From: Mobula hypostoma
Taxonomy: Eukaryota
DNA: 64,000 bases
Direction of reading: 5' to 3'
Assembly: GCF_963921235.1 (NCBI RefSeq)
Contig: NC_086107.1
Span: forward strand, 102,922,001 to 102,986,000
The notes beneath the pieces were generated by a model. That model did not search any database. It had not been told where the DNA came from and worked only from the letters and a program-made list of their open reading frames with translations. A program made the position numbers and the translations under genes. This document shows, one piece after another, positions 26,304-39,155 of this stretch. Every line of letters begins with the position of its first letter. The stretch's first letter is position 1.

Positions 26304-26622
26304 CAATGTTCTCTCTAAGATGTGCATGTGCACATATCCTTTGCTACTAGAGCACAAAGGAATTTAAACTGCGCACGAAAGGTTGTCACCCTCCACCTCA
26401 TTGGCATGTTAGGTATATTTCACAATTGTACACAATCACATTCCCTTTCCCAGTTGACAACGTGGAGTTTGTGTCGATTTGTCTGCAGATTTTAGAACTG
26501 GGTTATTTATACTGTTTTTATTGAAGAAATTATTCAATGCGCACATGTTGTCACTGAGCAACAAATTGCACAGCACAAGATATTTTGCGCACGCTGGTCA
26601 TTACAAATTAGAGGGAACATTG
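26304..26622. mobile_element. hAT-family MITE
   Basis: TIRs caatgttctctctaa / ttagagggaacattg; 8-bp TSD cctgcaat / cctgcgat. Confidence 0.88.
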
Positions 26623-26715
26623 CCTGCGATCACCAGTCTAGAACATAGGTACATGAGCGCTTCCTCTCCAGTTTTAAGACATCAGTTAACAAATCCAATT
26701 GAATTAGCGTCAAAG

Positions 26716-26912
26716 TTTGAAAACGTGGCTGGGTGGAGTTATTCTCCAATCTTGGTGATTCACTTGCAAACGTTTTGTCACCATTAAGTGCTAAATCGAC
26801 AGCGCACTGGTGACGTCTTCTCGTATGGTGACGAAACGTTTGCAAGTGAATTGCCAAGATAGGGGAACAACTCAACCCGACCCATCTACCAGCCACGCTA
26901 CACATTTTCAGA
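26716..26912. mobile_element. Long inverted repeat from a second PLE pLTR family with a decayed hammerhead (26804-26843, +)
   Basis: Arms 26716-26784 and 26825-26912. GCA-CTGGTGA-cGTCttc..ggtGAC-GAAAC-GTT-TGC. Confidence 0.65.
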
Positions 26913-27299
26913 ACTGCTTGAAAATGTTCCTGTTTTCACCACGTTAGATCTATTGCTGTCGCTCTCCTTTGCTGTTCTGCTCATGTCTTAGTGCATTCAA
27001 AACAGAAGTAGGAAGATATCAAAGCAGTTATTCAGGAAAATCGAACAATAAAGACCAGCCAAGATGTCAGCAGCCTTTCAGTAGAGCTGTGTGTGCAGTC
27101 AGTATTAACCAGATCCATAACATGAAAGGAATGCACAGTTGCTCATTGCCGGCAGAATAATTTGATTGTGTGTGATATGATATTTATATAAACCAACATT
27201 ATATCAGTTAGTGGAGTGCTGCGCTGTCCAATATTCTGTCTTTAGGAAGAGATAACACATGAAGGCCTGACTGCCTTCTTGGCGACGAGCACAGAAAGA

Positions 27300-27850
27300 C
27301 ATGAACAGAAGAAAATCTGCAGATGCTGGAAGTCCAAAGCAACACAGACAAAATGCAGGAGGAACTCGGCAGGTCAGGCAGCATCCATGGAAAAGAGTTT
27401 CAGGCTGAGACCCTTCATCAAGACTTGGAGAGAAGAGGTCAGAGTAAGAAGGTGGGGGTAGGAGAGAAAGAAATACAAGGTGGCAGGTGATAGGTGAAAC
27501 CGGGAGAGGGGGAAGGGTGAAGTAAAGAGCTGGGGAGGTGATTGGTGAAAGAGGTAAAGGGGAATCTGATAGGGGAGGGCAGAAGACTATGGAAGGAAGG
27601 GGAGGAGGAGCACCAGAGGGAGATAATGGACAGGTAAGGAGAAAAGGTGTGAGAGGGAATTGAGAATGGGGAATGGTGTGGGTGGAGGGACAATTTTCCA
27701 GAAGTTTGAGAAATCGATGTTCATGCCATCAGTTTTGGGGGGCGGTACCCAGGTGGAATGTAAGGTGTTGCTCCTCCAACCTGAGTGCGGCCTCATCGCG
27801 ACAGTAGAGGAGGCCGTGGACTGACATCGGAATGGGAGTGGGAAAGATAT
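27300..27850 (-). mobile_element. PLE 3' end
   Basis: HGLLYCRDEAALRLEEQHL; DGMNIDFSNFW; pLTR at 27300-27428. Confidence 0.8.
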
Positions 27851-27970
27851 ATGCCAGGGCACACACTTGGCAAGAGATGCCAAGCTGGAAAAGCTGCAGG
27901 GCAGAGCCATGTGCACTGTGAGCAGTGAAAGCAGTAAACTTTGGACAGAGCAGTTCCTTAAGGTTGTCAT

Positions 27971-28540
27971 GGCTGTGGGGTGGTAATGGGAACAAGCTCC
28001 CACTATCTATCAATGCTCCCAAAGGTGTGCGACTCAGACAGCCTCTGACAACCAAGTCCATCTCCTGGCCTTCGTGTGTGGCTTAGCTACTGGGCCCAGC
28101 GGAACCATTTCTACTGACAGGAGAAGGGGTAAAGGCGGATTATTGGTGCCTTAAAAACAATCACTTCAGGGAGATGGGGTTTGTCAGCCATAGTTGGTGA
28201 AGGTAGGAAAAGGAAAACTCTAAGTTCAAACCTCCGCTGCCTTGTGGCTATACCCGCTCATGGAGAAGGCTTTGGGAGTAAACCCTGAGGGAAAAATGTG
28301 GAGCTGCAGTCCTTAAAGCAGTTTTACGTGAGTTCAACGCTGACTGGGAACTCCTACAGTGCTGCAGGTGTCAAACTGTATGGGTCTCTGCCGTTCCTCT
28401 GGGTTCATCAGATGTGTGGAGAGGGGGAGCTTGCTACATAGGCAACAGCTTGCTCTCCGTATCGTACTGCCCAGGCTGTCGTATCTAGACCACCAGGACG
28501 TGATATCTGTGGTCGATTCTGACCAACAGAAGCCTCAGCA
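27971..28540 (+). mobile_element. RTE-like non-autonomous element
   Basis: aaacctccgctgccttg...gggagtaaaccctgagggaaaa shared with 53640-53995 and partly with 10090-10240. Confidence 0.55.
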
Positions 28541-28970
28541 GGCACAGTGATGTGATCATGTGACCCCACAGCCGGCTAATCAGGTCAAGGTTCAGCAGCC
28601 TCGACACTTAATAGTGGTGGACGGCTAAAACCACAAACGTCAGGAGAAGGTTTCCGAGGACATCCCCAGCCTAGCCGGCAAGCGCTGAAGGAAAGCTGAA
28701 ACATCCCCAGCCATCTTCAGCTGGAAGTAGAATCCGTCCCCGCCTCCTCTTCAGGTCCCCGCCATCACAGAAGACAGCCAAAGTTCAAAGTAAGTTTACT
28801 ATCAACGTTCATCTACGTCACCAGATACAACCCTGAGATTCATTTCCTTGCCGGCATTCTCAGTAAAACCACAACTGAAGGATCACCTGATCAATGAAGG
28901 ACAACAATGAAGAAAACACGCTCAGCCAGTGCACAAAGAAAGAGAGAAATAAGCAACAAATATCGAGGAA

Positions 28971-29600
28971 GTCATAGTCATACTTTATTGATCCCGGGGG
29001 AAATTGGTTTTCGTTACAGTTGCACCATAAATAATAAATAGTAATAGAACCGTAAATAGTTAAATAGTAATATGTAAATTATGCCAGTAAATTATGAAAT
29101 AAGTCCAGGACCAGCCTATTGGCTCAGGGTGTCTGACCCTCCAAGGGAGGAGTTGTAAAGTTTGATGGCCACAGGCAGGAATGACTTCCTGTGACGCTCA
29201 GTGCTGCATCTCGGTGGAATGAGTCTCTGGCTGAATGTACTCCTGTGCCCACCCAGTACGTTAAGTAGTGGATGGGAGACATTGTCCAAGATGGCATGCA
29301 ACTTGGACAGCATCCTCTTTTCAGACACCACCGTCAGAGAGCCCAGTTCCATCCCCACAACATCACTGGCCTTACGAATGAGTTTGTTGATTCTGTTGGT
29401 GTCTGCTACCCTCAGCCTGCTGCCCCAGCACACAACAGCAAACATGATCGCACTGGCCACCACAGACTCGTAGAACATCCTCAGCGTCATCCGACAGATG
29501 TTAAAGGACCTCAGTCTCCTCAGGAAATAGAGACGGCTCTGACCCTTCTTGTAGACAGCCTCAGTGTTCTTTGACCAGTCCAGTTTATTGTCAATTCGTG
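28971..29600 (-). mobile_element. Rex1/Babar LINE 3' end, young
   Basis: ORF 29116-29490 LRMFYESVVASAIMFAVVCWG...HPLL...TERHRKSFLPVAIKLYN; (gactat)n tail. Confidence 0.9.
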
Positions 29601-30617
29601 AGATGAAGAGTCCTCAGTCTCCAGCCAATTCAATTTAGTGTCACGCAGCAGAGAAACGGGAACTGGGTCCGTGCTAACCACTAACCTCCCTCCTCTGCTA
29701 ATTCTACATTAAAAGAGGCTGCACCAGGGTTGTAGATTCAGCCAGATCCATCGCAGCCACAAACCCCCCCCCTCCAGGGTCAAGGGCAGCTTCAAAAGGC
29801 GATGCCTCAGAAAGGTGGCATCCATCACTAAGGACCCTGACCATCCAGGACATGCCTTCTGCGCTCATTTCTACTCTCAGGTACACCGGAGCCTGAAGGT
29901 CCACATGGCGACCAATCACATCAAGAGAGAACCAAGTACGCTTGATAAAGCAAAGGCTCTGGGAGGAGACAACATCTCACCTCAGGACCGAAGACCCGTG
30001 CTGTGGAACTAGCTGTACCTCCAGCCACGTGCTCCAGTACAAATTGCCATGGTTCACCCCATCCAAGAAAAAAGCCAATGTGACTCTCATTGCCACCTTG
30101 TTGGTCTATTCAAGATGCTCCCCCTGCCCCCCCCCAGAGCCTCTGAAGTGGAGTTGACCAGCAAGAAGAACAGTTGCATGAGAACAACACCCCAACTTGC
30201 ACTCCATCCTAACTGGAAATATATTCACTGTGAAACGGAGAGACTGCTTTCTCCCTCATTGGGGGGAGAGAGAGAGAGCCTGTGGTATGTCAAATACTGG
30301 GTGAACAAGTAGTCTTTGGGGTACTGCAAGTCTGTGTCTTTGGCTGATGTTTTGCTGCATGCTTGAGTGCTTGGTGGGGGGGTTTCATTGCTTTTTTTTG
30401 CTGGTGGGGGAGGGGGAGCTGGGGGGGGTCGGCTTTGGGGTTCTAACATTTAACTGTCATTCATTCTTTGGGGCACTCCTCTGTTTTCATGGATGTTTGC
30501 AAAGAAAAAGTATTTCAGGATGTATATTGTATGCATTTCTCTGACATTAAATGCAACTTTGAAACCTTTGCTTCTTGGGTAATTCCCTACCCAATTCAGA
30601 TTCAAATTTATTTATCA

Positions 30618-30975
30618 CTGGACAGGCTAGATGCGGGAAGATTGTTCCCGATGTTGGGGAGGTCCAGAACGAGGGGTCACAGTTTGAGGATAGAGGGGAA
30701 GCCTTTTAGGACCGAGATTAGGAAAAACTTCTTCACACAGAGAGTGGTGAATCTGTGGAATTCTCTGCCACAGCAAACTGTTGAGGCCAGTTCATTGGCT
30801 ATGTTTAAGAGGGAGTTAGATATGGCCCTTGTGGCTACAGGGGTCAGGGGGTATGGAGGGAAGGCTGGGTTCTGAGTTGGATGATCAGCCATAATCATAA
30901 TAAATGGTGGTGCAGGCTTGAAGGGCCGAATGGCCTACTCCTGCACCTATTTTCTATGTTTCTATGTTTCTATGT
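30618..30975 (+). mobile_element. CR1 LINE 3' end
   Basis: LDRLDAGRLFPMLGRSRTRGHSLRI...FFTQRVVNLWNSLP; (tttctatg)n tail. Confidence 0.9.
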
Positions 30976-32034
30976 GTACATTGAAACACTCTGTGAAATG
31001 CGTCAGCAACCAACACAACCTAAGGGTACGCTGGGGGCAGCCCGCGAATGCCCCCACACATTCCGCCACCAGCATAGCAGTGTCCCCAAGGCCCAGCAGA
31101 ACAGCAGAGAAAACAGCAAAACGTAACGCAACAAGCAACGAAACAGCAACAGCAAAACAAGCCCCTTTCCTCCCTCCCTCCCACCCGTACACCAGGAGTC
31201 CTCCAACTTCAGGAGAGGCCTCTGGGCCTCCAGACTCCAGGCTTCGGCCTTCAGGAACCGAGGTAAAGCTGGCGGTTTACCACCTCTACGCACAAGACCT
31301 CTGGCACCTTGTCTCCTTCGAGTTGTCTCCATCAACTTCCCGAGTTTCCTAGCATCTGTGTCCCCATGTGTGAGAGACGGGGAGGCTGATCTGTTCCTTG
31401 TGCCTCGGCTGGAGGGAGCATCAGGGCTTATTGAAGTCTTTCCTCCATGTTCCAGGCCTGGTCCTAGACGATACCATGGAGTGAGTACCATCGCCAGTAT
31501 CCCCCCACCACCTCTGCCCCAAGGCTGATTAGGGATGTGTTTTAAATGCTGGCCTTGCCGCATCCTAGGAACCAATACAAAGCAGCTGGAATTAGTGAGT
31601 GATATTGCTCACATTCCAGAGGAGTAAAGTGCTTTCCTGTGAGGAGACTCCTGTAAATATTGACACATTCCAAAGCATAGCTTCTGCAAGACAGCTTCAG
31701 ATATTAAAAGCAGTGCAAGCTTCGTCCTCACTGCAGTGTCTAACATTAGCGTAAAGCAGTAAAATATTGCTGGAATATGATAACACAGAAAGATACTGTA
31801 ATGATAGCAGGAGCCCATATTCACTACTAAGATAGGATAAGACTATTTTGAAAACCAGAATAATTTTAAGTGAATCAGACATCGTCTCTGTTTCCGATCA
31901 CGTTAAAATCTTTTGAATTTAGCTCAAGAGCAGCCAATTCTTAGATCTCAGTGTCTTACCGGCATTAAGGTACCATGGCGTCAAACAATAAGAATACTGG
32001 AGGAAGTAGTCAAGTCAGGTACAATGATAAGTAG

Positions 32035-32256
32035 CACACACAAAATGCCGGAGGAATTCAGCAGGCCGAACAGCATCTAGGAGAAAGAGTAAACAGTCGA
32101 TGTTTCGGTCCGAGACCCTTCTCCAGGACTGATTAAGGGTCCGAAACGTCAACTGTTAACTTTTTCTCATAGATGCTGCCTGGCCTGCTGAGTTCCACCA
32201 GCATTTTGTGTGTGTTGCTTTGGGCTTCCAGTATCTGCAGATTTTCTCGTGTTTGT
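32035..32256. mobile_element. ORF-less inverted-pLTR mini-insertion
   Basis: Minus arm 32035-32131 and plus arm ~32129-32256, each carrying a gaaac-Rtc-Ractg hammerhead remnant. Confidence 0.75.
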
Positions 32257-34061
32257 GACAATAATTAGTCGTTGGTCCTGGGTGTCGTGTCTATGGACTT
32301 ACTGCTGTTCTGAGTGTTGCCACTTGCTTTACTCTTTGCATGATTTGTGTTTTTTTTTCTCTCTCCCTGTGCATTGGGTGTTAGTCAGTCTTTTTTTAAA
32401 TGGGTTCCTTTGTTTTGTGGCTGCCTGTAAGGAGACAAATCTTAAGGTTGTATAATTCATAGAAACATAGAAACATAGAAAAAATTCATATATACTTTGA
32501 TAATAAATGTACTTTGAACTTCTGGTTTATTATTGTTAAACATGCAATTATTTCAAACATAAGTAAAATATTGAAGTAAAATCATAACAGAATACTGTGT
32601 GACAGTTAATTGACAATTGGTTTAATCTCGTCACACACGCCAAGCAACAGTGAATTATTATTTTCACCTTTGCCCACGTAGACAGATTGATCCAAATGTA
32701 AGAACGTTGAGGTCGTACAAAGGCAAAAGTAAAGATCAAAATGCAGAATATAGTAGAACAGTTATAGAGAAAGTAAAGAAGGGCAGATAGGTGCAAGGAA
32801 GAGTTGAGAGATTAAGGGTTTGTATTTATTGTATAAGAGATCTATTCAAGAGTCTTACAAAAGTGAGATTAAAGCTGTCTTTGAGCCTGGTGGAATCTAT
32901 TGTATAAGGGATCTGTCTTTGAGCCTGGTTTTAAGGCATCCGTTAGTCTTGCGAGACCATGGATCTGCGCCTGGAAAGTCTTCACTCTCCAGGGCGCAGG
33001 CCTGGGCAAGGTTGTATGGAAGACCAGCAGTTGCCTATGCTGCAAGTCTCCCCTCACCACGACACCAGTGTTGTCCAAGGGAAGGGCATTAGGACCCATA
33101 CAGCTTGGCACCAATGTCGTCGCTGAGCATTGTGTGGTTAAGTGCGTTGCTCAAGGACACAACTCGTTCCCTCGGCTGGGGCTCGAACTCATGACCTTCA
33201 GGTAGCTAGTCCAATGCCTTAACCACTTGGCCACATGTCCACACCTGGTAGTGCCTATTTTATAAGAGATCTGTTCAAGAGTCTTACAAAATTGGGATAA
33301 ACACTGTCTTTGAGCCTGGTTCTGTGTATTTTCAAACTTCGCTAACTTTTCTGCTCGAGGGAAGGGAAGAAAGAATGACTGATGTTGGAGGGGTCTTTAG
33401 TTGTGTTGGCTGCTTTCCTGAGGCAGCGAGACAGGTAGACGGAGTCAGTTGAGGGGAGGCTGGTCTCCATGATGGGTTAGGCTGCATTGATAGCTGGCTG
33501 CAACTTCTTGGAGTCTTGGGCAGAGCAGTTGCCATGTCGAGCTGTGATGGTATCCGGATAGAAAGCTCTCAATGTACATCAATACCAATTGGTGACAGCA
33601 GTAGGGCATGCTGAATTCTGTTAGTCTGAGGAAGTAGACGTGTTGGTGTGCTTTTTTGGCCATAACATTCATGTGGTTGGACCAGGACAATCTTTTGGTA
33701 ACTAGGTAGTTCCTATACCTAGGAACTTTGAAGCTCCCAACCATCTTCCCCTCAGCACCATTGAAACATACGGGGTGGGGCATGTACTCTATCCCACTTC
33801 CTAAAGTCAACTACTGGATTTCACCTTCCAGTAAACATATTTCCACCCCCCCCACACTTCCTCTATTCCCCACTCTGCCCTTTCACCTCTTCTCACCTGC
33901 CTATTACTACCTACTGGGTACTTCCCTTTCTCCTGTGATCCGCTCTCCTCTCCTATCAGATTCCTTCCTCTCCAGCCCTTGACCTTTCCCACCCACCTGT
34001 CACCTTCCAGCTAGCCTGCTTCCCCTCCCCCAACCTTGTTAATCTGGCCTCTTCCCCCTTC

Positions 34062-34551
34062 AGCCTGATTTATACTTCTGCATCAATCTACGCCGTAGGT
34101 ACCTCGTACCCTACGCCATACCTACGCCGTACACTACGCCGTAGGGTGACGTGCACCTCCCCAAAAAAAGTAACTCACGCATCGCAGTGACGCAGACGCA
34201 ACAACTGTGATTGGTCTGCTTGGTAGCATCGCATTTCCTCCTACGCATTTCCGGTTGCTTTTCTCTGCCATGTACGTACACTGATGTGAAATAAATGGTT
34301 GGAGACGATGAACCAATTCGTCAAGCCTACCTGCCGACATCCCAAAATAATTGAAATGCATTTCCTCGTCCATGTCTCTCACGAAGAAACTCAACACAGT
34401 GGCATAGAAACCCCCACCACCAACTAGCGTTTTGGCGGTGAATTGCAGAGCGACGCAGACACAACAACGCATGCTCGCTACGGCGTAGAGCTACGCAGAA
34501 GTATAAATCAGGCTTGCAGCGTAGATTTGACGCAGAAGCATAAATCAGGCT
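34062..34551 (-). mobile_element. Non-autonomous PIF/Harbinger transposon with a transposase relic and duplicated right TIR, inside a PLE UTR (33800-34670)
   Basis: TIR agcctgatttatacttctgc; right copies end at 34514 and 34551. Minus [37 protein letters not shown]. Confidence 0.8.
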
Positions 34552-35129
34552 TTTCCTTCTCGAAGGGTGGTCTCCCGGCCCTTCTTTTCCACAGATGCTG
34601 CCTGACCTGCTGAGCTCCTCCAACATCTTGTGTGTGTCACTTTGGACTTCCAGTGTCCTGCAGACCCTCCCCAGTTTGTGTTACCAGTCCTTTGATTTTG
34701 CAGACGTTGAGGGCAATGGGGTTGTCATGACACTATTCCAGTAGGGTCTCCAGCTCCTTCCTGCACTCCAGCTTGTCACTGTTTGAGATCCAGACACTAC
34801 GCTTGTGTCATCTGCAGACCTTCAGAGTTGGAGTTCAGCCTGGACACACCACTTTGAGATCCATAACAACATCCCTGCCGCCATATGTAAAGAGTTCGTA
34901 CGTTCTTCCCTGTGGACCGCATGGGTTTCTTCTGGGCGTTTCCTACAGTCCAAGGATGTACCGGTTGGTAGGTTAATTGGTCATTGTAAATTGTCCTGTG
35001 ATAGGCTGGATTAAATCGGGGGTTGCTAGGCAGCCATGGCTCGAGGAGCTGAAAGGGCCTGTTCTATGCTGTACCTCTGAATAGATAGATAGATAGAAAA
35101 ATAAATGATTAGGTAGATACATAAATAGA

Positions 35130-37750
35130 TAAAATCAAGGTTAGAGGTGGAATCGGATGTGCATCAACTCTGACAGAGTCTGCAGGCCGTTAATTTCTAC
35201 AAAGCAAAACCCAACGTCATGGATGGCAATAATGCCTCTCTCCCAGATGAGCTCAATGTCCTTCAGGTCTGTTTTGAAAGGGAGAATACAACTACAGCTC
35301 TGAGGACCCCTGCAGCACCCGGTGACCCTGTGATCCCTGTCTTGGAGGCCGATGTCAGGCTACCTTTCAAGAGGGTGAACCCTTCGCAAGAAGACAGACC
35401 TCGATGGAATGCCAACCAGCTGGCCGGAGGGTTCAAAGCCATTTTCAATCTTCTCATTGCTTCAGTCAGAAATTCCAAACCTGCTTTAAAAGTGCAACGA
35501 TTATACCAGTGCCCGAGTAGAGCAGGGTAAGCTGCCTTAACAACTATTGTCCAGTAGCCCTCACGTCTACAGTGATGAAGTGCTTTGAGAGGTTGGTTAT
35601 GGGCCATATTATGGCTAGAATTTGTGGCTGGGTCCAGGTCCTGTCTCAGCAAGGACCTGGACCCAGTGCAATTTGCCTATCTCCTCAACAGGTCTAGTCA
35701 CCTTTTCGGGTTGGCTGCTGGTGACTAGTGGTGTTCCACGGTGGTCTGTGTTGGGACTGTTTCTTTTTACGTTACGTGTCAATACTCTGGATGACTCTGT
35801 TGCAAAGTTCGCAGATGATGAGAAGATAAATGGGGGGGCAAGTGGTTTTGAAGAAATAGAAAGGCTGCAGAAGGACTTTGATTAGGAGAATGGGCAAAAA
35901 AGTGGCAGATGGAATATAATGTCGGGAAATGTATGGTCATGCACTTTGGTAGAAGAAATCAAAGGGTAAACTATATACTAAATGGAAAGAAAATACAAAG
36001 AAACTGAGGCACAAAGAGACTTGGGAGTCCTTGTGCGGGACTCCCTAAAGATTAATTTGCAGGTTGAGTCTGTGGGAGGAAAGGAAATGCAATGTTCGCA
36101 TTCATTTCAAGAGGACTAGAATATAAAAGCAAGGATGTAATGTTGAGACTTTATAAAGGACTGGTAAGTACTGTGTGCAGTTTTGGGCCCCTTATCTTAG
36201 AAAGGATGTGCTGAAACAGGAGAGAGTTCAAAGGAGGTTCACAAAAATGTTTCCAGGACTGAACGGCTTGTCATATGAAGAGTGTTTGATGGTTCACTAG
36301 AATTCAGAAGAATGCGGGGTGACCTCATTGAAACCTATCGAATGGTGAAAGGCCTTGATAGTGTCGATGTGGAGAGGATGTTTCCTATGATGGGAGAGTC
36401 TAAGACCAGAGGAGAGGAGCATCCTTTTAGAATGAAGATCAGGTGGAATTTATTTTAACCAGAGAGTGGTGAATCTGTGGAAGTCATTGCCATAAGCTTT
36501 TATGTATATTTAAGGCAGTGGTTGATAGATTCTTGATTAGTCAGGGCATGAAGGGATATGGGAGAAGGCAGGACACTGGGGCTGAGAAGAAAAATGGATC
36601 AGCCGTGGTGAAATATTGGAGCGGATTCGATGGGCCAGATGGCTTAATTCAACTCCTATATCTTATGGTGTTATGGTCTACAGTGGACGCAATCTTTTTG
36701 GTTCCTCATGTGGGCTTGGAACACCTGGAAAATACAAATATCAGATTGTTGTTTATTGACTATAGCTAAGCATTTAACACCAGCAGTCCTACAGCTCTGA
36801 TTGAAAATCTCCAGAACCTGGGCCTCTGTACATCCCTCTGCAATTGGATCTCTACCTTCCTAACCGGAAGACCACAATCTGGAATTGGAAACAACATCTC
36901 CTCCTTGCTGACAATCAACACTGGTGCACCTCAGGGATGTGTGCTTAGCCCACTGCTCTACTCTATACCCACGACTGTGTGGCTAGGCACAGCTCAAATG
37001 CCATCTGTAAATTTGCTGATGATACAACCATTGCTGGCAGAAGTTCCGATGTTGATGAGAGGGCATACAGGAGCGAGATAGATCAGCTCATTGGGTGCTG
37101 CAGTGCCAAACTTGCACTCAATGTCAGTAAGACCAAAGAGCCGATTGTGGACTTCACAAAGGGTAAGACGAAGGAAGACACACCAATTCTGACCAATAGA
37201 TAGATTAGAAGTGGAAAGAGTGAGCAATTTCAAGTTCCTGGGTGTCAATATTTCTGAGGACTTAACCTGAACACAACATATAAAGAAGGCACAACAGCAG
37301 CTATATTTCATTAGGAGTTTGAGGAGGTTTTGTATGTCACCAAAGGCACACTCAAACTTCTAAAGGTGTACTGTGGAGAGCATTTTGACAGGCTGCTTCA
37401 GCACCTGGTATGGGGGGGGGGTTGCTACTGCACAGGATCTAAGTAAGCTGCAGAGATTTGCAAAATTAGTCAGCTCCATCATGGCCACTAACCTCTGTGG
37501 TATCCAGGACAACTTCAAGGAGAGATTCCTCAAGAAGGCGGCGTCCATCATTAAGGACTCCCATCACCCAGGACGTGCCCTTTTCTCACTGTTACCATCA
37601 GGGAGGAGGTACAGAAGCCTGAAGGCACACACTCAACGATTCAGGAACAGCTTCTTCCCCTCTGCCATCAAATTTCTAAATGGACATTGAACCCATGAAC
37701 ATTATCTCACTACTTTTTATTTTGATATGTGCACTATTACTTATTTTAAC
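35130..37750 (+). mobile_element. Decayed Rex1/Babar LINE RT region with a nested CR1 (35697-36674)
   Basis: DPVQFAY..NRS|TVDAI...[53 protein letters not shown]. The reading resumes across the ggtcta duplication. Confidence 0.85.
35697..36674 (+). mobile_element. CR1 LINE, RT C-terminal half to 3' tail
   Basis: VTSGVPRWSVLGLFLF...VAKFADD; ttatggt tail. Confidence 0.88.
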
Positions 37751-37765
37751 TATCTAATATAGATA

Positions 37766-38400
37766 TGTAATGCCCTGGTTCACATTTTTACTGCTGTGCT
37801 GTAGGTATTTCATTTCAGCAGCTCTGTAAGAGCAGTCTGTTGTGCTTTCAGCCTGTTTGGGTTATTGTTGAAGATAAGGGATGCTGAGGAATGTGTGTCG
37901 TCCAGTTAGGATGGTGGAACTGGGAGAAGGTCTGAGAGAACATTGGGGGGAGAGGTTTTGTGAGGGACACTAAGGCTGGTCTTGTTTTTTTCTTTTGTTC
38001 AGCAGGAGAGGAAGAGAAAAGATGGAGAGAACCGGTTCAGGATTTGGCCCGGGGTGGGGGGGGGGGGGACACGCTGAGATCGACTGAAGATCAGTGAGTA
38101 AGAATTTTGGGAAGATTTGAGTTCCAAATTGTGTATGTTTGACTGTTCAGTTATAGTGGGCGCTTCTTTTGGGTTTTTTTCTTTCTTTTCTTTACTAACC
38201 CTTCAGTTAAGTTAAGAGTCATAAATATAATTCCTTCAATTGTACGCTGTGCGCTGTCTGTTGTTTCAGGGTAGCAAAGTACACGGCATCCACACAAACC
38301 GGGGTTTGAGGTGGGAGAGTCGTCTCAACCTCACAGGTTTAGCGGGACTGGAGTGTGTCTTCCCTAGACTCATGCAGCCAAGGAAACCAGCAGGGTTTAG
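37766..38400 (+). mobile_element. Possible solo LTR
   Basis: Starts TGTAA and interrupts a LINE tail. The 3' terminus is degenerate and no clear TSD is visible. Confidence 0.35.
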
Positions 38401-38495
38401 TATACACAGCATATGTACTATAATTCAGAGGGTTTTTTTCTATTATTATGTATTGCAATATACTGCTGCCTCAAAGTCAACAAATTTCACGACAT

Positions 38496-39155
38496 ATTAG
38501 ATTAGATTACATTAGATTATGAGGACACGCAGTCCTCTTTTATTGTCATTTAGTAATGCACGCATTAAGAAATTGTACAATGTTTTTCCAGAATGATATC
38601 ACAGAAACACATGACAAACCGACTGAAAAACTGACAAAAACCACACAATTATAACATATAGTTACAACAATGCAAAGCAATACCGTAATTTGATAAAGAA
38701 CAGACCATGGGCACGGTAGAAGTCTCAAAGTCTCTCGAAAGTCCCATCATCTCACGCAGACAGTAAACCTCCAGCGCCGCAAACTTGCCGATGCAGCATC
38801 CTGGAAGCACCCAACCACAGCCTGACTCCGAGTCCATCCGAAAACTCCGAGCCTCTGACCAGCTCTCCAACGCTGAGCACCGAGCACCATTTCTGCCGAG
38901 CACTTCGACTCCCGACCCCGGCAACAGGCAATAGGCAAAGCTGAGGATCTGGGGCCTTCCCCTCCGGAGATTCTCAATCACACAGTAGCAGCAGCAGCGA
39001 AGCAGCATTTCAGAAGTTTCTCCAGGCGTTCCTGCGTGCTTCTCACGGCTGTCTCCATCAAATCAGGATTGTGCACAGCCCCCCTAGTTAACACATATCG
39101 ATATCATTCGGAACGGCTTCGTGCGTTGCGTCGCGCCGCCATCTTCTCCTCCCTT
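38496..39155 (-). mobile_element. Non-autonomous LINE-dependent element with (tctaa)n tail
   Basis: Minus 5' end ggaggagaagatggcggcgcgacg. Splits the LINE tail caaatttcacgacat|atgccggtgat. Confidence 0.6.

Noticed and set aside
28051..28130. Twister ribozyme interpretation
   Set aside because: Lacks the UAA cleavage context and the P4 loop / T1 pseudoknot pairing; an HDV-like topology fits better.
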